Of a DNA stretch of 32,000 nucleotides, positions 16,947-25,090 are shown piece after piece. The stretch's first letter is position 1; every line of letters begins with the position of its first letter. The position numbers were made by a program, and so were the translations under genes. Source of the DNA: Candidatus Heimdallarchaeota archaeon (GTDB lineage Archaea > Asgardarchaeota > Heimdallarchaeia > JABLTI01); contig JAUWKS010000001.1 of the NCBI GenBank assembly GCA_030614005.1, positions 1 to 32,000 on the forward strand, in the 5' to 3' direction. The notes under the pieces were generated by a model. The model was not told the DNA's origin. It saw only the letters and a program-made list of their open reading frames with translations, and searched no databases.

Positions 16947-18299
16947 ATGAGTAAATCTAAAACAAGTATACAATTCGCTACTTTTATGGAACGTTTGAAA
17001 CCAACCTTTATGGATTATTTTGGTCCATGGATTTTATTTTTTGTTGGAGCATTTGTTCAAACACCGATAGCAGGTATTGGAATAGCTGGAATAATATTAG
17101 GTGCATTTTGTGAACTATTAGGTATTATTGCTATATTGATCATCAATGGTTATGCACCAGCATTAAACCGTGGTTATACACCAAATAAAATGAAACATGG
17201 TGTTAGATTGATGAAGATTGTCAATAAAAACACTATGGAATTGCGTGAAATCAATGAAGGAGATATGGGAATTCTACTTCTAAGAGCAATTATTGGATGG
17301 TTTGAAGCATTTCTATTCCTACCAATTGTACCAGGATTATTATCACTCCTTATTATTAATTCGAGTAAAATTAATCAAAGATTTGCTGATATGATTGCAG
17401 GAACTGTAGTGATTAAAGTTGACCCAGTAGAGACAGTAAATATTAAAGATTTCAGAATGAAGAAAAGTAATCCACCCCCAACATTTGATGGAGATACTGC
17501 TGCAATAGCTACAGGTAAACCTGCAAAGGGACCAACAATTGATAAGAAACTAGATGACAAGGCTGTAGATGGTGTTTTCACTAACCCATCATTAATTGTT
17601 GTAGGTAAATGGATTTTCATTTCTTCAGCTATCTATCTAATTTTAGCTCAAATTGTCCATTTCGTGTCATTCACTTTGCGCAGGATAAATATTAGCTTCT
17701 ATATGTTCGGTGAAAATTATCCTATTGGTAATACTGCTTGGCAGTTAGACATTGTTCTTTCCATTATTGGATATGTTGTACTTTTCATTAGCTGTGCAGG
17801 ATTTGTGTTGTATTTCTTGGGAATTAGAAACTCAGAAACAAAACAACCATTACTTCTTGTTGCTGTATTCTATTTGTTTTTCATAATATTTCGAATTATC
17901 TACATTGAAGCAGTATGGCTCAGTGGATCATTTCTCGCATTTATTAACATCGTTTCAGGTTACATAGTGATTATTGGAATTGGGTATGGAGGATTCGTTT
18001 TTGAGATTCTAAGTACAATTTGCTTAATTGTTGCATTGTTCCTCTTGAACAAATTTATTCGAGCATTTAACGAAGAGAATCAATCAAATGTAAAGAGATT
18101 TGGAGGTCATATAGTGCTTATAGTTTTCTTTACACTTTTACTTGCGACTTACATCACAGGAATGATTGCTGAACCATCAGAGGTTTTTGGTGTAGTAATT
18201 TTCTATTTAATCACATTATTCAAAATAATTCTTACTTTCGTTTATCTTGGTATTTTTGCCGGATTAATCAAATTGAGAAAAATAGCTATAATTGAGTGA
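16947..18299 (+). CDS. RDD-family membrane protein with an additional C-terminal multi-TM domain
   Basis: GYTPNKMKHGVRLMKIVN, LLRAII and NQRFADMIAGTVVIKV match RDD motifs. A Pro/Lys/Asp linker is followed by about 6 TMs. GTGAGG upstream. Confidence 0.75.
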   Translation: MSKSKTSIQFATFMERLKPTFMDYFGPWILFFVGAFVQTPIAGIGIAGIILGAFCELLGIIAILIINGYAPALNRGYTPNKMKHGVRLMKIVNKNTMELREINEGDMGILLLRAIIGWFEAFLFLPIVPGLLSLLIINSSKINQRFADMIAGTVVIKVDPVETVNIKDFRMKKSNPPPTFDGDTAAIATGKPAKGPTIDKKLDDKAVDGVFTNPSLIVVGKWIFISSAIYLILAQIVHFVSFTLRRINISFYMFGENYPIGNTAWQLDIVLSIIGYVVLFISCAGFVLYFLGIRNSETKQPLLLVAVFYLFFIIFRIIYIEAVWLSGSFLAFINIVSGYIVIIGIGYGGFVFEILSTICLIVALFLLNKFIRAFNEENQSNVKRFGGHIVLIVFFTLLLATYITGMIAEPSEVFGVVIFYLITLFKIILTFVYLGIFAGLIKLRKIAIIE

Positions 18300-18400
18300 T
18301 TTTTTCGCTCAATTTACTCCTTTTATTTGTAGCTGAAAAAGGTTTATTAATTAAAAATAGATTTATTAAATGTTTTATTATTCAAGGAGAAAAAAAACAA

Positions 18401-18658
18401 ATGACTGATCCACAAGACACAACTATGGGAACCGTAGCGCTTATTTTTGGTATTCTCGGATGTATTGGTATCTTACCATGTATCGGAGCTCTTATTGCTG
18501 TTATAACTGGCAGCATGTCAAAAGGTACTGCAGGTGATGGGAATGGGAAAATTGGTCGAATACTTGGTTGGCTTGGAATACTTATACCAATTATTGGCAC
18601 AATAATCTATGTTATACTAGCTTTACTCTATTTTGGGTTCTTCTGGGTAACAACTTAG
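18401..18658 (+). CDS. Small two-TM protein, DUF4190-like (85 aa)
   Basis: MTDPQDTTMGTVALIFGILG...IGALIAVITG...GKIGRILGWLG follows the DUF4190 pattern. AAGGAG at 18384-18389 supports ATG 18401 rather than the track start 18296. Confidence 0.75.
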   Translation: MTDPQDTTMGTVALIFGILGCIGILPCIGALIAVITGSMSKGTAGDGNGKIGRILGWLGILIPIIGTIIYVILALLYFGFFWVTT

Positions 18659-18902
18659 ATGACAAGAAAAATTTGGGAAGTTTTTTCCCTTTTTTTTACT
18701 TTTTTTTCTTTAACAAATTTTTTTATCAAGTTAATCCATATTCCAATTTATAAAAAAGTAGAAAATTAAATGATAAACGAATGAAGTTGATTTAATTGTG
18801 TGAGCTATTAAATAAAATCATAAGTCAAATATCAGATTTGCCCAATCCAATAAATTTGGTCAAAGTATTAGGCATAATAATGAACTAAATATTGTAGAGT
18901 AA

Positions 18903-18958
18903 TCAAAAGAAAAAAAGGAATATTTGGAATTATTCTCGCATTAATTTTTTCCAAATAT
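18903..18958 (-). terminator. Stem-loop plus U-tract downstream of the ABC-2 operon
   Basis: 10-bp perfect inverted repeat ATATTTGGAA (18920-18929) / TTCCAAATAT (18949-18958). On the minus strand it is followed by CCTTTTTTTTCTTTT. Confidence 0.5.
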
Positions 18959-18997
18959 ATCGTTTCCGGTTTGTGAAAAACATTTAGGCAATATTAA

Positions 18998-19846
18998 TTA
19001 TAATTTTGATAGTCCTTGATTTTTTGCTTTTCGTTCGACAGGTATTAGTACAAGCCTCGCTAGAATAACATAAAACACAGTGCAACCTAGGATTATTACA
19101 AATTCAGCCCAGATTGGTAGCAGAGGTTTGTAGCCATCTATCATAAAATATCTCATTAGATCGAAGTTGTACGTAAATGGAAATGCCATTGCAATATATT
19201 TGAGAATTGAACCAACCACAGGATGGATTAAAACAAAACCTTGTACAGGAATGTATGCTCCACAAAGGAATTGGATTAGTTGGTGGAGAACAGTTACAAA
19301 CAACCTTGTTTGTCTAAAAAGTATAGCTATCATACCAAAGAATAATCCAATGGATATTAAGCTAATTATTGATAACAAAGCAACCAACAGTGTATAACCA
19401 ATCGCAGCAAAATTTGTTAGATTACCTGTTAATCCTAATGAGAGGATATAGAGTGGTATAAAGAATATAAATGAAACAATTGCACGTGAAATGGTTGTTG
19501 AGAGTAAATAACCTAAACGTGAAGCAGGGGAGACAAAGATTGATTCTATTGTACCGAAATGAATATCTTCTTCAACACGCATCAAGGGTCCCCAAGTAGC
19601 TATTCCTGAAAACATTTGAACAGCTGTTCCGATCAGCAAGAAAAGGAATACTGCTTGCCCGTCTAATCCAGCAATTTCATACAATGCAGGGTTGAAATTA
19701 TACGCTCCACCTATTACAATGAAACCTAATGTTAGAGTGACTATTTCGAGAAACCAACCAAATAGATTAGCTTTGTATCTCTTATAACTAATCATATCTC
19801 GCCAAATACCTTTGAAAATTACTTGGGTGGTATTTTTTAGACTCAT
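18998..19846 (-). CDS. ABC-2 type exporter permease
   Basis: Six TMs; DIHFGTIESIFVSPASR, QFLCGAYIPVQ and FPFTYNFDLMR. Paralogous to the adjacent permease. Confidence 0.9.
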   Translation of the reverse strand: MSLKNTTQVIFKGIWRDMISYKRYKANLFGWFLEIVTLTLGFIVIGGAYNFNPALYEIAGLDGQAVFLFLLIGTAVQMFSGIATWGPLMRVEEDIHFGTIESIFVSPASRLGYLLSTTISRAIVSFIFFIPLYILSLGLTGNLTNFAAIGYTLLVALLSIISLISIGLFFGMIAILFRQTRLFVTVLHQLIQFLCGAYIPVQGFVLIHPVVGSILKYIAMAFPFTYNFDLMRYFMIDGYKPLLPIWAEFVIILGCTVFYVILARLVLIPVERKAKNQGLSKL

Positions 19847-19859
19847 TTTTTTTCCTCCT

Positions 19860-20735
19860 TTAAAGAATTGATAAACCTACATTCTTTGCTTTTCTTTCTA
19901 CTAATTTTAGTAAGAAACCAGCGATAATGACAAATGCAATAGATGTCACTCCAAGAATTACGAATTCTACCCACACAGGAAAGAGTGTATTATATTGTGA
20001 ACCAAAAGTAAAGTATCGAAATAGATCGTAGCAATAAGTATATGGAAAACAGTAGGCAATGTATTTTAGAATTGGTCCAAAAACAGGATTCATAGACTCA
20101 TATGCTTGTACTGGTACATAAGCTCCACAGAGAAATTGCATTAACATGCTTAGAAATAAAGCAATTGGTTGTGATTTTCTGATCAATAAAGCAATCATAG
20201 CAAAGAATATTCCAAAAGCCATCATACTTACAATGGTTGCTAAAACAACTAGTAATGTAGTGCCAATCACATAAAGATTAGTGAGTGTCCCATTTACAGT
20301 CATTATTATTATAAAAGCTGGGATAAAGAATATTAGATTCACAAGTGCATCAGAGATAGTTGGTGAAAGTAAATATGCAACTCTATTAGAAGGCGTAACG
20401 AAAACTGCTTCTAAAGTACCATAGTGAATGTCTTGATTTATTCTCTCCATTGGTGCCCAAAGAGCGGAATCAGAAAATGTTCCAAGAGCTACGCCCCCAA
20501 TGAAAAAGATAAACACTTGTGTCGCAGTAGATATACCAGTTTCTCCGGCTGTTGCGGGATTTAACTCAAACAGAACAGAGAAAAGATATCCTGTAAACAT
20601 GCCAATTGCCATACTCAAAAACCAACCAATTAACCTTACTTTGTATCGTCTAATATTTGTGAGATCTCTTTTGATACCAATTCCAAGTACTCGGAATCCG
20701 GCTTTAATTTCAAACCCGACATTTTGCACTGCCAT
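19860..20735 (-). CDS. ABC-2 type exporter permease
   Basis: Six TMs; DIHYGTLEAVFVTPSNR, QFLCGAYVPVQ and FPYTYCYDLFR. Gap of 2 nt to the ATPase gene. Confidence 0.9.
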   Translation of the reverse strand: MAVQNVGFEIKAGFRVLGIGIKRDLTNIRRYKVRLIGWFLSMAIGMFTGYLFSVLFELNPATAGETGISTATQVFIFFIGGVALGTFSDSALWAPMERINQDIHYGTLEAVFVTPSNRVAYLLSPTISDALVNLIFFIPAFIIIMTVNGTLTNLYVIGTTLLVVLATIVSMMAFGIFFAMIALLIRKSQPIALFLSMLMQFLCGAYVPVQAYESMNPVFGPILKYIAYCFPYTYCYDLFRYFTFGSQYNTLFPVWVEFVILGVTSIAFVIIAGFLLKLVERKAKNVGLSIL

Positions 20736-20737
20736 AT

Positions 20738-21712
20738 CTAAGCCTCCAACTCTACCTTCTTATCACAGAATTTTAGAAAAACATCTTCAAGTGTTGCAGT
20801 TCTATAAGAAATAACAGGATTTAAACCAAAATCTTTGCAGATTTTCATTATACTTTGAAAGGCTTCTGTACTATCTGTCACTGGTAATTTAATAAAACCA
20901 TTTTCTTGTTCAATCGCAGATACAGTTTCTAAATCAACTAATTTTTTCAGAAATTCTGGTGTAGCTATTTCTCCAGTTCGTAATCGCAATTCAATTAATT
21001 GCATATTCAATTCATCCATTAAATTCTGAGGAGTATCTATAGCAACAACTTTTCCCTCAAAAATTATTGCGACACGGTCACAAAGTTCTTCGATTTCAGA
21101 CATTATTTGAGAAGTAATAATTACAGTTTTACCTTTTTCTTTTGCATAATTTTTAACAAACTTTCTGATCTTTTTTGCAGCGATGGGGTCTAATCCTTTG
21201 CTTATTTCATCTGCAAAAACCAAATCAGGATTATGTAGGAAACCTCTCATCACAACAATTGCTTGCTTTTGTCCTCCAGAGAGTTTCATTACTTCTTTGT
21301 CAAAAATCTCATCATTGTCATAGGTTTTCTTGAATTCTTCTAATCGCTCCAAGAAATCTATTTTGCTAACGTTGTACAATGTTGCGAAAAATTCCAAATT
21401 TTCCCTGCCCGTTAAACGAGCATAAGTTGATCGTTCAGAATCTTGTCCAATGTACCCAATGTGTTTTCTAATTTCTTTCTCATCTTTTTCTAGATCATAA
21501 CCCAAGACCTTGATATTCCCTTCAGTTTTGTTTAACAACGTAGAACAAATTTTGATGAAAGTTGTTTTTCCAGCTCCATTTGGACCGAGAATACCAAATA
21601 TCTCTCCTTTCTCAACATCTATGTCAGCTCCTTTTAGAGCTTCAGTATTTTTTTTCCTACTCTTATAGGTTTTTTTTACGTTTTCAGCAATTAAAGCCTT
21701 CAATAATTTCAC
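20738..21712 (-). CDS. ABC exporter ATP-binding protein (DrrA-like, with C-terminal extension)
   Basis: Walker A GPNGAGKTT, Q-loop GYIGQ, signature LSGGQKQ, Walker B VFADE, GLDP, and TLEDVFL tail. GTG start. H-loop reads ITSQ. Confidence 0.93.
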   Translation of the reverse strand: MKLLKALIAENVKKTYKSRKKNTEALKGADIDVEKGEIFGILGPNGAGKTTFIKICSTLLNKTEGNIKVLGYDLEKDEKEIRKHIGYIGQDSERSTYARLTGRENLEFFATLYNVSKIDFLERLEEFKKTYDNDEIFDKEVMKLSGGQKQAIVVMRGFLHNPDLVFADEISKGLDPIAAKKIRKFVKNYAKEKGKTVIITSQIMSEIEELCDRVAIIFEGKVVAIDTPQNLMDELNMQLIELRLRTGEIATPEFLKKLVDLETVSAIEQENGFIKLPVTDSTEAFQSIMKICKDFGLNPVISYRTATLEDVFLKFCDKKVELEA

Positions 21713-21788
21713 CTACTTTTTTTAAGTATAATTTACAGTCATCGAATTTCATTTAAAAGGAGAATTCACATTATGAAGACTCTATATG

Positions 21789-21835
21789 AGGTCACTCATA
21801 GAGGTCACTTATTGTTAGGTCACTTATCGTGACTT
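21789..21835. promoter_or_regulatory. Repeat array: three direct AGGTCACT units plus one inverted unit; putative transcription-factor binding sites
   Basis: AGGTCACT at 21789, 21802 and 21817. GTGACTT at 21829-21835 forms GTCAC-ttatc-GTGAC with the third unit. The array lies upstream of a candidate minus-strand TATA (TTTTAAAT, 21752-21759). Confidence 0.6.
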
Positions 21836-21888
21836 CAAGTATTTTTGTAATTTATTTACAGATTGTTGAATTATAATTTAAATCAATC

Positions 21889-22104
21889 TTAAGCATTAAG
21901 TGCTACAGCAACAGCTTGTTCAGAGTCTTCAACTGAAGTTGTTACAATAGCACCTATTATGCTAAAACTAGAAAGCAAAAAAAAGATAGACCTATAGAGC
22001 CAAAAACTCAATTGATGCACTTGGTCTGCAAGAAAGAGACTAAATAAAATCAATGCGACAAATAGAAGAAGAATTCCAACGCGTAATACAATAAAATTAA
22101 TCAT
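21889..22104 (-). CDS. Small two-TM hypothetical protein
   Basis: 71 aa with two hydrophobic segments; fills an otherwise empty gap; co-oriented with the ABC operon. Confidence 0.55.
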   Translation of the reverse strand: MINFIVLRVGILLLFVALILFSLFLADQVHQLSFWLYRSIFFLLSSFSIIGAIVTTSVEDSEQAVAVALNA

Positions 22105-22210
22105 TTTTTCGTTTTTTTATCAATGATTGTCTTTACTTTTTAAACGCGATATTTTTATAATTAATAATAGCTATTGTTTCTTTTATAAAAGAACTTTATG
22201 AGGTTATAGA

Positions 22211-24994
22211 ATGGATTCTAGAAAAATTAAATTCATAATTATTCTCAGTCTTTTTGGTTCATTTCCAATAACATTACTACTAACGAGTAGTGTTTCTGTA
22301 GGTAAGCCAATATTCAACAATCAGTCTTTATTTATTAAAGGTACAGATAACTATTTCGAAGATTTTATTGATACAACCTATAAAAGCGGTGCAACCACAG
22401 CTTGGGGTTGGGGTGGCGGTCAATTAACAAATGAACGAAACTTTTCATATGTAACACAAGATTTCTACGCAACATCTAGCATTTGTAAAGGGATAGACAT
22501 CCAAGGTAGAAAAGCATACATTGTCGTGGATCATCCTACTGCAGTTGATAGTTTAGAGATTCTTGATATCACAAGCCCATCATTCATGATTCAAATGAGC
22601 TCACGAACTTCTTATGATGAAATGATTTCAATTAAAATTCACGGTGATATTCTATATGCCGGAGTTAATACCAGTTGGAACCGCTGCAATGTCTATAATG
22701 CAACAGATCCAACTGCTTTAGGTGCAGCACCTAATTTCATTGATTCTCAAGTTGTTGATGGAGGAGTAACCGATATTGCAACATATGGTCATTTGATTTA
22801 CTTCATAGCTTATAATTCTACCAGTAACAGAGCACTTAGAGTGCTTGATGCTGCGGACCCAGCCACTACCAATCTAATAACTAATGCTTGGGCAAATAAG
22901 AAAGCACATGGGTTAGATATTGCTGGACAGTTAGCATATGTAGCTGCAAGTGATGAAGGTTTTTATGTCCTAGATATTTCTGATAAATATCAAGCAATAG
23001 AATACGATTTTATCCCATTACCCGGTTTTGCAAGTGATGTTGTTGTGGATGGTCGATACGCTTATGTTGCAGCTGGAGAAGCAGGAATACATGTTATCGA
23101 TGTTTTTGATCCACATAATATTGCTTTAATTGGAACTATTGATACAGATGGTTTTGCACGCAATCTAGTAAAACAAGGAAACACTCTATACGTTGCTTGT
23201 ATGGATGGAGGATTATTTACTTTAGATGTTGCAGATCCAACTAATCCATCTTATGTTACAAAAATGATTTTCGGTGTAGATAATGTTTGGGACGTGGATA
23301 CTTTTGGTAACTATATCTTTGTCGCCAGAGATACCGGAGTCAGTTCAATTCTCGCTTCAGCAGATGGTGGAGGATTAATGGATTTCGGAGTAGACGCTTA
23401 TCAAAGTTCTTTTGATGGATATCAATGCTGGGATGTGCAAGTTAAAGGGGACATAGCATATGTCGCTGGTGGAACAGATGGTTTCTATACATTAAATATC
23501 CGTGACCCATTGAATCCTATTTTGCTTGATCGTGAACCTATGGTAGGATCAGATTTACGTAATTTAGATGTTGAAGGACAGTATGCATACCTTGTTACTA
23601 CTACAGGTGTTTATACCTATGATGTCTCCGATCCAGCGAATATTGTTGGTATAGCAACTGAACCTGGCGGAAATTTGAATGATATCGATGTTGAAGGTGA
23701 GCTTATGTATGTTTCATTCGGCTCTTCTGGTGGTGGTATTGCTACATTGAATGCATCAAATCCATACAACCCAGTTTTCAAAATGAATACCATTTTCGGT
23801 ACCAATATTACTTCTGTAGATATGCAAGGACACCATCTTTACTCTGTTAATTATATTGGTGGTGCTGGTCCAGGTCTGTACTGTCATGATATTATTCCAA
23901 ATGTATTTTCACCAGATTTCTTAGGAAGTAGAAGCGATTTTTGTTCATTTACCAACATTCATGTAGATGGAGACTTGACTTATTGCAGTGATACTGATTG
24001 GTTAGTGGTTTTTGGTGTAACAAACCCAGTTAGCCCATCTATAGTAGTTTATGTTGATTGGGATTCCCCTACTAATTACATCAATTCATTCGGTGCTTGT
24101 ACTTTTGGGACCAATATCATAAATGCTGGCGGCTCAGAAGGAGTTCATTTCCTCGATGCTTTAGACATTACACCAGCTTTCTTCCCAGGAACCAATTTTG
24201 CAAATGCAACTTCAGCCTTAAAAGTAACAACTCATGGTGACTACACATTTGTTGCAAACAAAACTTCACTCGTCATTCTTAGACACTTTGAAAGTCCAGG
24301 TGACACTTATGTTGCTGGTGCCTATATTGGTGAATCAACAACAATAGATAGCGCTTCTGAATTAATTCATTTTGCAACATTGGATGTTAATGATTACGTT
24401 CCTGTTGGTACACAAGTAGACTATTTTCTCTCTGCTGACGGTGGTGCTCACTGGGAATTAGTAACCCCTGGAGTTGAGCATGAATTTGTCAATCTTGGTA
24501 GCGATCTTCGCTGGCGAGCTGAGTTTATCGGTCAAAAAGACAGAAGCGTACATATCTTCGACCTTTCAATAGACTACTTCTTTAATGAATACCCAAGTAT
24601 TCCTACTCTAACTGATCTTGGAAATGTAACCACAAGTAGTGTTGAAATTACCTGGACAACTAGTACAGATGATGCCGGCATAGCAACCTATGAATTACAA
24701 ATTGATGATGAAATCACCTTTACCATACCAATCGATGAATTCAACGTCACAACAGGAACATCATACACAGTAACAGGGTTAACAAATGGAACGTATTACT
24801 TCCGTGTAAGAGCGGTTGACATTTATGGTCTGGCTAGTGGTTGGAGCACATCAATTGATATCAATGTCTCAATACCTGCTAGTAACTTGCAATGGTGGCA
24901 TTACCTTATTGTTTTCGGTGGTTTAGCGGTCATTGTAGCAATCATCGTGACAGTAGTTATGGTAAGAAAACGGAAAAAACCAGTTACTCGTTAA
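22211..24994 (+). CDS. Large cell-surface protein: signal peptide, LVIVD-repeat beta-propellers, Asp-box-like domain, fibronectin type III domain, C-terminal TM anchor
   Basis: Repeated 'v.v.G.yAYVa...g l.vlDisdP..P' units (GRYAYVAAGEAGIHVIDVFDP, GDIAYVAGGTDGFYTLNIRDP); SADGGAHW; FN3 motifs ITWTTS, YELQI and NGTYYFRVRAVD; TM plus RKRKK; more than 10 N-x-S/T sequons; GAGG upstream. Confidence 0.88.
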   Translation: MDSRKIKFIIILSLFGSFPITLLLTSSVSVGKPIFNNQSLFIKGTDNYFEDFIDTTYKSGATTAWGWGGGQLTNERNFSYVTQDFYATSSICKGIDIQGRKAYIVVDHPTAVDSLEILDITSPSFMIQMSSRTSYDEMISIKIHGDILYAGVNTSWNRCNVYNATDPTALGAAPNFIDSQVVDGGVTDIATYGHLIYFIAYNSTSNRALRVLDAADPATTNLITNAWANKKAHGLDIAGQLAYVAASDEGFYVLDISDKYQAIEYDFIPLPGFASDVVVDGRYAYVAAGEAGIHVIDVFDPHNIALIGTIDTDGFARNLVKQGNTLYVACMDGGLFTLDVADPTNPSYVTKMIFGVDNVWDVDTFGNYIFVARDTGVSSILASADGGGLMDFGVDAYQSSFDGYQCWDVQVKGDIAYVAGGTDGFYTLNIRDPLNPILLDREPMVGSDLRNLDVEGQYAYLVTTTGVYTYDVSDPANIVGIATEPGGNLNDIDVEGELMYVSFGSSGGGIATLNASNPYNPVFKMNTIFGTNITSVDMQGHHLYSVNYIGGAGPGLYCHDIIPNVFSPDFLGSRSDFCSFTNIHVDGDLTYCSDTDWLVVFGVTNPVSPSIVVYVDWDSPTNYINSFGACTFGTNIINAGGSEGVHFLDALDITPAFFPGTNFANATSALKVTTHGDYTFVANKTSLVILRHFESPGDTYVAGAYIGESTTIDSASELIHFATLDVNDYVPVGTQVDYFLSADGGAHWELVTPGVEHEFVNLGSDLRWRAEFIGQKDRSVHIFDLSIDYFFNEYPSIPTLTDLGNVTTSSVEITWTTSTDDAGIATYELQIDDEITFTIPIDEFNVTTGTSYTVTGLTNGTYYFRVRAVDIYGLASGWSTSIDINVSIPASNLQWWHYLIVFGGLAVIVAIIVTVVMVRKRKKPVTR

Positions 24995-25002
24995 GAATAT
25001 TG

Positions 25003-25035
25003 AAAGACGCTTCTGCGTCTTTTCTAACTTTTTTT
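25003..25035. terminator. GC-containing hairpin with T-tracts between convergent genes
   Basis: AAAGACGC-ttct-GCGTCTTT (8-bp stem, 25003-25022), followed by TCTAACTTTTTTT. Confidence 0.65.
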
Positions 25036-25090
25036 CTCAATAAGTTTTTTTAATAGAAATTAACATCAACCGCTATTTTCACAAACAAAT

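Noticed and set aside
18296-18400. Long N-terminal extension of the DUF4190-like gene given by the track
   Set aside because: It translates a T-rich terminator/promoter region, and a good AAGGAG site supports ATG 18401.
21789-21835. AGGTCA units look like eukaryotic nuclear-receptor half-sites (DR7/DR9), or like a mini-CRISPR
   Set aside because: Nuclear receptors are not known in archaea and a 6-mer match is easily coincidental. Repeats of 8 nt with 5-7 nt gaps are far too short for CRISPR, and no cas gene is present.
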